A DNA stretch of 64,000 bases from the NCBI GenBank assembly GCA_023266115.1, contig JAHFRU010000003.1:65978-129977 (forward strand), written 5' to 3'. Under the pieces are notes generated by a model. That model had not been told where the DNA came from and searched no databases. It worked only from the letters and a program-made list of their open reading frames with translations. Shown in pieces: positions 20,392 through 28,348 of this stretch. The stretch is from Gammaproteobacteria bacterium. GTDB taxonomy: Bacteria > Pseudomonadota > Gammaproteobacteria > VBWC01. The translations under genes were made by a program, and so were the position numbers. The first letter of the stretch is position 1. Each line of letters opens with the position of its first letter.

Positions 20392-20589
20392 ATGGCAAAG
20401 AAACGAGCCACCTCTAAAAAGAAGACAGCAACAAAGAAGAAAGCAGTAAAGAGACGCACCGCCAAGAAGAAAGGTGGCGCAAAGAAGAAAACAGTAAAAC
20501 GTACCGCGAAGAAGAAAGCGGCCAAAAAGAAAACCGCTAAGAAGAAGGCAGCCAAGAAGAGAAAGACTGCCAAGAAAAAAGCCAAGTAG
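20392..20589 (+). CDS. Histone H1-like lysine/alanine-rich nucleoid-associated protein
   Basis: 65 aa made of KKKA/TAKKK repeats; strong RBS GGAGGAAAGAAG; sits in an AT-rich islet. Confidence 0.8.
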   Translation: MAKKRATSKKKTATKKKAVKRRTAKKKGGAKKKTVKRTAKKKAAKKKTAKKKAAKKRKTAKKKAK

Positions 20590-20604
20590 TCGTTTGGCTT
20601 ACTA

Positions 20605-20636
20605 ACCACAGGCCTCATCGGGGTCTGTGGTTTTTC
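20605..20636 (+). terminator. Intrinsic terminator of the H1-like gene
   Basis: ACCACAGGCC-loop-GGUCUGUGGU followed by UUUUUC. Confidence 0.65.
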
Positions 20637-20676
20637 AAAAAAAGGCGAAAAGGCACGAGCTTTTCGCCTTTTTTTC
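20637..20676 (-). terminator. Bidirectional intrinsic terminator downstream of ilvA
   Basis: AAAAAGGCGAAAAG-loop-CUUUUCGCCUUUUUUU; an A-tract on one side and a U-tract on the other. Confidence 0.65.
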
Positions 20677-20702
20677 GCCTCGCGATCCGGGGTCTGGTAT
20701 CG

Positions 20703-22223
20703 CTAACTACTGCTTAAAAACAGCTGATAGGCGGGGTTGCCGGTTTCATCGCGACAGGTGTAACCGAGCTTATTGAGGAACGCATCGAACTGCTTGCGAT
20801 CTGCCGGCGGTACCTGAACACCCATCAATACACGGCCGTAGGCCGCACCATGATTCCGGTAGTGAAACAGGCTGATGTTCCAGCGTTCGCTCATGCAGGT
20901 CAGAAATTGCAGCAGCGCGCCCGGTCGTTCGGGAAATTCAAACCGGTAGAGAATTTCGTTCTCTATCCCCGGGGCTGTGCCACCCACCATGTAACGGACG
21001 TGCAGCTTGGCCATTTCGTTGTCGGTCATGTCGACCACCTGGTACTTCAGGCGGCGCAGGTGTTTGACCAGTTCTTCCCGCTCGTTTTTGCCAGCGGCCA
21101 GCTCGATGCCAGCGAACACGTGCGCCTGACGGTTATCCATGTAACGATAATTGAATTCCGTAAAGGCGCGTTTGCCGATGGCCTTGCAGAACGTGTAGAA
21201 GCTGCCGGGCTGCTCCGGAATCGTCACGGCCAGCAGCGCTTCGCGCCGCTCGCCGAGTTCCGCGCGTTCGGCGACGTAGCGCAGCCGGTCGAAGTTGATG
21301 TTCGCCCCGCTGTCGATCGCCACCAGGTGCTGGTCCTTGACGCCGCTACGCTCGACGTATTTCTTGAGGCCAGCCACGGCCAGTGCGCCCGCCGGTTCCG
21401 CGATCGAGCGGGTATCCTCGAAAATATCCATTATGGCCGCGCAGATCTCGTCGCTGCTGACCAGGATGACTTCATCGACGCACTTGCGGGCAAGCCGGAA
21501 TGTCTCCTTGCCGACCTGCCGCACCGCGACGCCGTCGGCGAAGATGCCGACCTGATCCAGGACTACGCGTTTGCCGTGGCGCAAGGCCTGTTCCATGCTG
21601 GGCGCGTCGTCCGGCTCGACACCGATCACCTTGATATCCGGTCGCAGGTATTTCGCATAGGTGCCGACGCCGGCAATCAGGCCACCACCACCGACGGGCA
21701 CAAAGATGGCGTGTACGTTGCCGGTGTGCTGGTGGAATATCTCCCGGGCGATGGTGCCCTGGCCGGCAATGACATCCGGATCGTCATAGGGGTGGATAAA
21801 CGTCAGCTTCTTCTGCTTCGCGAGTTCCTGGGCGTGCTGGTACGCGTCGTCATAATAGTCGCCGAACAACACGATTTTTGCACCGAAATCGCGTACTGCG
21901 GACACCTTGATAGGCGGGGTCGTCGTCGGCATCACAATCAAGGCCTTGATGCCGAGCCGTTGTGCCGACATGGCGACGCCCTGGGCATGATTGCCCGCCG
22001 ACGCGGCGATGACCCCGCGGCCGCGCTCGGCCGGCGTCAGATTGACCAGCTTGTTATAGGCACCGCGCAGCTTGAACGAAAAGACCGGCTGCAGATCCTC
22101 GCGCTTCAGCAAAACGTGGTTGCCAAGATTTCGGGACAGCTTGGGCATCGGATCGAGCGGGGTCTCCACGGCAATGTCGTAAACCCGTGCGTCCAGTATT
22201 TTCTTGATGTATTGGTCAGTCAT
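20703..22223 (-). CDS. ilvA: Threonine dehydratase, biosynthetic
   Basis: 506 aa; PLP site FSFKLRGAYNK, with C-terminal ACT-like regulatory domains. Confidence 0.95.
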   Translation of the reverse strand: MTDQYIKKILDARVYDIAVETPLDPMPKLSRNLGNHVLLKREDLQPVFSFKLRGAYNKLVNLTPAERGRGVIAASAGNHAQGVAMSAQRLGIKALIVMPTTTPPIKVSAVRDFGAKIVLFGDYYDDAYQHAQELAKQKKLTFIHPYDDPDVIAGQGTIAREIFHQHTGNVHAIFVPVGGGGLIAGVGTYAKYLRPDIKVIGVEPDDAPSMEQALRHGKRVVLDQVGIFADGVAVRQVGKETFRLARKCVDEVILVSSDEICAAIMDIFEDTRSIAEPAGALAVAGLKKYVERSGVKDQHLVAIDSGANINFDRLRYVAERAELGERREALLAVTIPEQPGSFYTFCKAIGKRAFTEFNYRYMDNRQAHVFAGIELAAGKNEREELVKHLRRLKYQVVDMTDNEMAKLHVRYMVGGTAPGIENEILYRFEFPERPGALLQFLTCMSERWNISLFHYRNHGAAYGRVLMGVQVPPADRKQFDAFLNKLGYTCRDETGNPAYQLFLSSS

Positions 22224-22400
22224 GGCGCCAAATCTATCATCAGCATGACGCCGCTGTCAGTGTTTGCGAAGAATAATTGCGTTTTTCCGGCAGCGACATG
22301 CCATCGGTATCGGGCCAGGCAAACGATTGCCGGCTCTTTTCACGCGTCAGCGACGAAGGGTATGATTCGTTGAACGGGTACGGTGATTTCGGGGGAGCGA

Positions 22401-23057
22401 ATGACTAAGGACGAAATGAAACAGGCAGTCGCGGAAGCGGCGCTGACCTATGTCGAAGCGGGGACGATCATTGGCGTCGGGACCGGGTCCACGGCCAATT
22501 TCTTCATCGACGCGCTGGCGCGCATCAAGAACCGCATCGACGGCACGGTGGCCAGCTCGCTGGCGACGGAAAAGCGGCTCAAGTCGCACGGCATCCCGGT
22601 GCTTGAGCTCAACGAGGTCGACGGCCTGTCGGTCTACGTCGACGGCGCCGACGAGTCCAATCACTACCTGCAACTGATCAAGGGTGGCGGCGGGGCGCTG
22701 ACGCGCGAAAAGATCGTCGCCGCGGCGAGCCGCAAGTTCGTCTGCATCGCCGACGAATCCAAGCTGGTCGACATGCTCGGCGCGTTCCCGCTGCCGATCG
22801 AGGTCATCCCGATGGCGCGCAGCTTCGTCGCGCGCGAAATGGTCAAGCTCGGCGGCAAACCGGTGTACCGCGAAGGCTTCACGACCGACAACGGCAACGT
22901 GATTATCGACGTCCACAACCTCGAAATCATGGAACCCGCGAAGCTCGAGGCCGAACTCAACAACATTCCCGGCGTCGTCACCAACGGATTATTCGCCCTG
23001 CGTCCGGCCGATGTGTTGTTGCTGGGTACGCCGAACGGTGTCCGAACGGTTACCTGA
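22401..23057 (+). CDS. rpiA: Ribose-5-phosphate isomerase A
   Basis: From [39 protein letters not shown]...; RBS GGGGGAGCGA directly upstream of the ATG at 22401. Confidence 0.9.
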   Translation: MTKDEMKQAVAEAALTYVEAGTIIGVGTGSTANFFIDALARIKNRIDGTVASSLATEKRLKSHGIPVLELNEVDGLSVYVDGADESNHYLQLIKGGGGALTREKIVAAASRKFVCIADESKLVDMLGAFPLPIEVIPMARSFVAREMVKLGGKPVYREGFTTDNGNVIIDVHNLEIMEPAKLEAELNNIPGVVTNGLFALRPADVLLLGTPNGVRTVT

Positions 23058-23067
23058 CCGGGCACAT

Positions 23068-23821
23068 CCGGCGCAATGCGCTGCGCTTATTGAGCCCTAC
23101 GCGGGCTTATTGCTCCTACGTGACCAGGTGACTGATTATGCCGTTGGATCGTAATACGTTTATTCCTCGACGGCTCGAAGACGTGGACACCCTGCCAGGA
23201 ATAACAGTCTTGTCCAGGACATATTTTCGCGTCGCTAACGAGCTATGCGAAAACTTAAATAAAGGAGATGGAAAACATCCTGGCCACTTTTATGTATTCC
23301 CAGCCGTCATGTTGTATAGCGCGTCCATCGAAGCGTATTTTCAGGAGCGGCTATCAATAGCTCGGTACCTTACTCATCTCCCGGAAGCTGATGCGAAGCT
23401 TGACGCGCTTCGTGACCGAACATCCCTCTATCGAGATTTTAAACCATGGCTTCAAGAGGTATACCGGTTCTTTGATAGGGGAGGCGAAGGATTTGATTTG
23501 AATTCGGAAGAGTATCGGAATGTTATTGCACTCCAAGAATTGCGAAATACTATTCTTCACTACAATCCCGCGTTCATAGAGCACGTTCATTGGCCTGTGA
23601 ATCTCCAGGAAGCGGTACGTAGGAGTAAGATCGAAATACTTAATGCCGGCTGGGTAACCAATTTGTCTTCTCCACCTGTCGCCAAATGGGCACACGACTC
23701 CGTGCGTACCGCTCTAGAGTTATTTGCTGGGCTGTCAGGCGTAGAGGATGTCTTTTCTTGTGCTGAACCATTCAAGTGGGAATAGTTGGTAGGGTGCAAT
23801 AAGCGCAGCGCATTGCACCGG
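23068..23821 (+). mobile_element. About 754-bp low-GC insertion bounded by 29-bp imperfect terminal inverted repeats (MITE/cassette-like) carrying one ORF
   Basis: Left end CGGCGCAATGCGCTGCGCTTATTGAGCCC and right end GGGTGCAATAAGCGCAGCGCATTGCACCG are reverse complements (27/29). GC is about 47%, against about 63% in the flanks. Confidence 0.5.
23138..23785 (+). CDS. Hypothetical all-alpha protein with HEPN-like R-x4-H motif
   Basis: 215 aa; ELRNTILHY motif; atypical codon usage and GC; no recognised family. Confidence 0.6.
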   Translation: MPLDRNTFIPRRLEDVDTLPGITVLSRTYFRVANELCENLNKGDGKHPGHFYVFPAVMLYSASIEAYFQERLSIARYLTHLPEADAKLDALRDRTSLYRDFKPWLQEVYRFFDRGGEGFDLNSEEYRNVIALQELRNTILHYNPAFIEHVHWPVNLQEAVRRSKIEILNAGWVTNLSSPPVAKWAHDSVRTALELFAGLSGVEDVFSCAEPFKWE

Positions 23822-23834
23822 ATTTTTTAGAATC

Positions 23835-24047
23835 ATGGCGATGAACATTCAACGCCTGCTAATCACAATCGGAGTTTTACTAATGATCCTCGGCCTGATC
23901 TGGCCGTGGCTGCAGAAGTTGGGCTTAGGCAGGTTACCGGGAGATGTCGCGGTCGAGCGGGACAATTTCCAGTTCTATTTTCCGGTCATGACGTCAATCA
24001 TCGTCAGCCTGGTGCTGACGCTGCTGTTCTGGTTGTTTCGCAAATAG
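23835..24047 (+). CDS. DUF2905-family small membrane protein
   Basis: 70 aa with two TM segments, LLITIGVLLMILGLIWPW...IIVSLVLTLLFWLF. Confidence 0.65.
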   Translation: MAMNIQRLLITIGVLLMILGLIWPWLQKLGLGRLPGDVAVERDNFQFYFPVMTSIIVSLVLTLLFWLFRK

Positions 24048-24094
24048 TCCGGCGGGGATCAGGGCGCGCCGATGCGGCGACGCGCCCTGATGAC

Positions 24095-26410
24095 TCAATT
24101 GCTGGCGGCCGCCGCTTCCCTGGCCTTTTGCACGGTAATGCGCGGCGAGGTGTCGTTGTCGTCGACCGACAATACGAAATGGCCGTCGGCTTCGAGGCTG
24201 CCGGCGAGTTTGCGTGCGGACTCCGGCGAGTCGACGATGAACTCGACGACATTGCCGACATCCAGCGTCTTCAGCGCGTTGCGGGCCTTGACGTAGTGCA
24301 GCGGGCAACCATAGGTCGACAGATCGATCTCGCGGACCTGCGAGGCATGCGCCGGCTGTGACGACGGCAGCGAGGCCGACAGGTCGAGTTGCTTGTCGAT
24401 GTTCTGGCAAAAGGCAGCTGCATCGCGCATCCACTGATCGGTATCGGCCGATAGCTTCAGATAGGCCGCGTTATCGAGTGATGCCTTCAATTTTTCGCTT
24501 TCGCCAATAATCGCGGCAAGCCGGCGGCCCATGTCGGCGCCGTTCGGCGCCGCGGTTTGCAGCGACGCGGCGACAGCTGCCGGCGTTTCTTCCTGCTTCA
24601 GGCCCGAAACGAATAGCAGCGATTGGCCGACCAGCCGGCCGATCTGCTCAATGCATTCGATGGCCTCGGGAAACTTGCGCTGGGCCGCAAACGAATTGCG
24701 GCAGTCGCGCTCATAGCTGGCCTCGGAGAAACGTGACGCCACCAGATCCTGCGCGGCACCGGCGCATTCGCCGCCACCGAGTTGCAACACCTTGAACGCC
24801 GCCTGGTCGCCGTGATCGTGCAGTACCGAGGGAACTTCTTCGGCTGCGACGGCGGTCAGGTCCTGCAACAGTTCGGTGAAATACTCCTTACCTTTGCGGC
24901 GTGTCCAGTTGAAGAACGTCTCGTCGTTGTTGCGGTCGTCGTCAAACGTATCCTCGACGCGCTGGATCGCGGCCTCCACGCGCGCCGTCGGCAAGGACGG
25001 GCCCTTGAAGCCGATGCCGCCGCCGTTACGGCCGTCGCCGCCGAAGTACATCTGATAGTGCGGGATCAGCTTGCCGTGCAGGCGCTTGCCTTCGCCGTAA
25101 ATGCCGATGTCGCCGGACTCCGGTTGTGCGCAGCCGTTGTGGCAGCCGCTCGCGCGGATGCGCAGGTCGTGTTTGCCGCCGCTAAGCTTGGGGCCGATGA
25201 TGGTCGACGATGTGATCCCGAGGCGGCAGGTCGATGTGCCGGGGCACGCGACCACGTCGTCACCGGTCCTGGGCTCTCCCAGACCGAGTTTGCCGAGAGC
25301 GTCGCGTATCGCTGTGACGCGATCGGTCGGTACGTTGCACAGCGCCAGGTTCTGGTCCTGCGTCGCGCGGATATCGTCCAACCGTTCCTTTTCCATCATG
25401 GCGGCAATGCCGCGCAGCTGCGCGATGGTGACATCGCCGATCGGCAGGCTGATCGGGAAGATACTCAGGCCGTTCTGTTTCTGGCCGAGCAGCTGGCGCG
25501 GCGCGCCCGCGACCACGCGCACGTTGCCGTCCGCGCCTTTCTTCCAGGCGCTCATCATATGCGGCTGGTTCGCATAGGCGAGCCGCGTGCGTGCGACTTC
25601 TTCCTGATACTTTTCAACAAATCCTTCCGGCCCGAAGCGGTCAACCAGGAACTTGATACGCGCCTTGGCGCGGCGTTTGCGATCCGAATAGCGGTGGTGC
25701 AGCGATATCACCGCCTCCATGACCGGCAGCAGATCTTTCTCTTCAATAAATTCCTCGACTGTAACCGCTTCGTGCGGCTTGTGGCCGAGGCCGCCGCCGG
25801 CCATGACCTTGAAGCCAAAACGGCCGTCTTTATGCCGCGCGACGACGGCGAGGTCATGAATCATGCCCTGCGCGCAATCGGACTCGCAGCCGGAGAAACT
25901 GATCTTGAACTTGCGCGGCAGATGCTGCGTCAGCGGATGGCGCAGAAAACGGTTGGCGGCGCCGTGCGCCAGCGGTGTGACGTCGGTATGTTCGTGCGGG
26001 CAGACGCCGGCGAGCGCGCAGGCGGATATGTTGCGCACGGTGTTGCCGCAGGCTTCGCGTGTCGTCAGGCCGGCTTCGCCGATGCGGCGCATCACGGCCG
26101 GCGTGTCTTTCAGCGGGATGTAATGAACCTGAAAATCCTGACGGGTCGTGACGTGCGCCGTGCCGTGCTGCGAATACGTCTCGACGACATCCGCCACCGC
26201 CCGCAGCTGGTCCGGTTTGAGGCCGCCGCCGGGCAGTTTGATGCGCACCATCTGTACGCCGTCCTGTCGCTGGCCGTAAATGCCGTGCTGCAGACGAAAT
26301 GCCATGAAACGTTCGCCGTCCATGCCACCGTCGAGGAACGAACGGACGTTATCCTCGTAACGATCGATCTCGTCGTAATTCACCAGGCTGACTACTTTTT
26401 CATCCATCAC
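24095..26410 (-). CDS. Sulfite/nitrite reductase hemoprotein (siroheme-[4Fe-4S]) fused to a C-terminal TusA-like sulfur-carrier domain
   Basis: 771 aa. Residues 1 to about 545 carry NirA/Sir ferredoxin-like half-domains and cluster cysteines (CGNTVRNISAC, SGCHNGC). After an about 150-aa helical linker, the C-terminus is YGCPLHYVKARNALKTLDVGNVVEFIVDSPESARKL..., a TusA/SirA CPxP fold. Confidence 0.85.
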   Translation of the reverse strand: MMDEKVVSLVNYDEIDRYEDNVRSFLDGGMDGERFMAFRLQHGIYGQRQDGVQMVRIKLPGGGLKPDQLRAVADVVETYSQHGTAHVTTRQDFQVHYIPLKDTPAVMRRIGEAGLTTREACGNTVRNISACALAGVCPHEHTDVTPLAHGAANRFLRHPLTQHLPRKFKISFSGCESDCAQGMIHDLAVVARHKDGRFGFKVMAGGGLGHKPHEAVTVEEFIEEKDLLPVMEAVISLHHRYSDRKRRAKARIKFLVDRFGPEGFVEKYQEEVARTRLAYANQPHMMSAWKKGADGNVRVVAGAPRQLLGQKQNGLSIFPISLPIGDVTIAQLRGIAAMMEKERLDDIRATQDQNLALCNVPTDRVTAIRDALGKLGLGEPRTGDDVVACPGTSTCRLGITSSTIIGPKLSGGKHDLRIRASGCHNGCAQPESGDIGIYGEGKRLHGKLIPHYQMYFGGDGRNGGGIGFKGPSLPTARVEAAIQRVEDTFDDDRNNDETFFNWTRRKGKEYFTELLQDLTAVAAEEVPSVLHDHGDQAAFKVLQLGGGECAGAAQDLVASRFSEASYERDCRNSFAAQRKFPEAIECIEQIGRLVGQSLLFVSGLKQEETPAAVAASLQTAAPNGADMGRRLAAIIGESEKLKASLDNAAYLKLSADTDQWMRDAAAFCQNIDKQLDLSASLPSSQPAHASQVREIDLSTYGCPLHYVKARNALKTLDVGNVVEFIVDSPESARKLAGSLEADGHFVLSVDDNDTSPRITVQKAREAAAASN

Positions 26411-26467
26411 TAATCTCCGGGGGACTGACGGGCGCGGAAAAGGCGCCGATTATACGTCAATTGCCGT

Positions 26468-27250
26468 CTACGCTAGAACAAATTTGAAGCCAATCAACAT
26501 CAAAACGCTGGCCAGTAACGGTCGGGTCACGCGCTCGGGTATCACTGCTCCCAGATGGCTGCCGAGGTAGATTCCCGGCAGGGAGCCCAGTAACAACGCG
26601 CCAAGTAATGAAAAATCCACATTGCCGAGGTGCAGGTGCCCGAGGCCGGCGACCAGCGTCAGCGGCACCGCATGGGCGATGTCCGTGCCTACAATATGGA
26701 TAACCGGTAGCCGCGGGTACAGGAAAAACAGCATCGCGACCCCCAGCGCCCCGGCGCCTACCGAGGATATCGGCACCAGTACACCTAATAAGACACCGGC
26801 GAGGACCGTGATCGCGGCGCGACGGGCGGCAAGCCGGGGGGCGCTCGCCGCGAGCCGAGTGCCGAGCTGTTGAATCCGCTGTTTGAACAGGATCGCGATC
26901 GCGGTCAGGATCAGCGCCACCCCCAGTCCGCTGGTGATCAGCGTGTCGACCTTCCAGCCCTTCGCGCCAATAACGCTAAGAAAATAAACGGTTGCCAGCG
27001 CGGTGGGCACACTGCCGCTGGCGAGCAGACGTACGATGCGCCAGTTTACGGTCGAACGACGCGCATGCGCCCAGATGCCGCCGGTCTTGGTGATTGCGGC
27101 AAACAGCAGGTCTGTGCCGACGGCAAGCGCGGGTTGGATGCCGAAAACGAAGATCAGCAGCGGCGTCATCAGCGAACCTCCGCCGACGCCGGTCAATCCG
27201 ATGAGCGCGCCGACCAGGAATCCCGACGCGGTATACCCCCAATCCATCAT
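26468..27250 (-). CDS. TauE/SafE (TSUP) family sulfite/sulfo-compound exporter
   Basis: 260 aa with 7-8 TM segments and the paired GxGGG motifs typical of TSUP. Confidence 0.85.
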   Translation of the reverse strand: MMDWGYTASGFLVGALIGLTGVGGGSLMTPLLIFVFGIQPALAVGTDLLFAAITKTGGIWAHARRSTVNWRIVRLLASGSVPTALATVYFLSVIGAKGWKVDTLITSGLGVALILTAIAILFKQRIQQLGTRLAASAPRLAARRAAITVLAGVLLGVLVPISSVGAGALGVAMLFFLYPRLPVIHIVGTDIAHAVPLTLVAGLGHLHLGNVDFSLLGALLLGSLPGIYLGSHLGAVIPERVTRPLLASVLMLIGFKFVLA

Positions 27251-27413
27251 AGGTCCAAGGCATCCATGAGTTTCAGTAATTCAGGAACAATGGGTGGCCG
27301 TTCATGTGATCGGACCCGTCAGGCCCGAAATATACCAAAGTGCCTATATCATAGGAACTGCCAATAACTGCTATATTAATCATCTTTACGTATATCGGTC
27401 AGGATCCGCGATT

Positions 27414-28334
27414 ATGAAACTGCAACAGCTGAGGTATGTCCGTGAGGTTGCCCGTTGCGGGTTGAGTGTATCTGCCGCTGCGGCCGCGTTGCATACGGCC
27501 CAGCCGGGCGTCAGCAACCAGATACGCCTGCTGGAGGAAGAACTCAACGTCCAGATCTTCGAGCGTAACGGCAAACGTTTTGTCGGCGTCACGCAGCCGG
27601 GGCGCGCGATACTTGCCAAGGCCGAGCGGATATTGAGCGAGGTCGACAATATCCGCCAGATCGGTTTCGAGTTCACCGACGAGGCACAGGGCAATCTGTC
27701 GATCGCGACGACACACACGCAGGCCCGTTATGCATTGCCGCCAGTGATCAAGAGATTCACGGAGCAATATCCCAACGTGCGGTTGAGTCTGCATCAAGGC
27801 AGTCCGACGCAGATTTCCGACATGGTGGTATCGGGCGTGGCGGACATCGCGATTGCGACCGAAGCGATCCATTTGTTCGCGGATTTGGTGATGCTGCCAT
27901 GTTACGAGTGGAACCGCTGTGTGGTCACGACGCCCGGTCACCCGCTGCTCGACGAACAGCCGTTGACGCTGGAAGCGATCGCGAAGTATCCCGTTGTGAC
28001 CTATGACTTTGCGTTTGCGGGCCGCTCGAAGATCAACCAGGCGTTCGAGGAACGCCATCTGAAACCCAATGTCGTGCTGACAGCGATCGATTCCGATGTG
28101 ATCAAGACGTATGTGGAACTGGGGTTGGGCGTCGGGCTGCTGGCGTCGATGGCGTTTAATCCGAAGAAGGATACCGATCTGCGCGCGATCGACGCGGGTC
28201 ATCTGTTTGAACCGAGCACGACGCGCATCGGTATACGCCGGGGCGGATTTTTGCGTGGCTATATGTATGCGTTTATCGAGCTGTTTGCGCCGCACCTGGA
28301 TCGCAGGACAGTCGACGCCGCCACGCATACCTGA
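27414..28334 (+). CDS. cysB: LysR-family transcriptional regulator CysB
   Basis: Near-colinear with E. coli CysB (MKLQQLRYVREV...IATTHTQARYALP...HQGSPTQI...); divergent from the tauE-sir operon. Confidence 0.9.
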   Translation: MKLQQLRYVREVARCGLSVSAAAAALHTAQPGVSNQIRLLEEELNVQIFERNGKRFVGVTQPGRAILAKAERILSEVDNIRQIGFEFTDEAQGNLSIATTHTQARYALPPVIKRFTEQYPNVRLSLHQGSPTQISDMVVSGVADIAIATEAIHLFADLVMLPCYEWNRCVVTTPGHPLLDEQPLTLEAIAKYPVVTYDFAFAGRSKINQAFEERHLKPNVVLTAIDSDVIKTYVELGLGVGLLASMAFNPKKDTDLRAIDAGHLFEPSTTRIGIRRGGFLRGYMYAFIELFAPHLDRRTVDAATHT

Positions 28335-28348
28335 CCGAAAACATCGCT

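Noticed and set aside
20358-20618. 86-aa minus-strand ORF (FFLAVFFL repeats)
   Set aside because: Mirror translation of the KKA-repeat gene; the plus-strand gene has the RBS and terminator.
20850-22373. 507-aa plus-strand ORF
   Set aside because: Antisense to ilvA, which has unambiguous PLP-enzyme motifs; a GC-rich shadow ORF.
24782-26413. 543-aa plus-strand ORF
   Set aside because: Antisense to the sulfite reductase gene; no motifs; low-complexity Ala/Arg.
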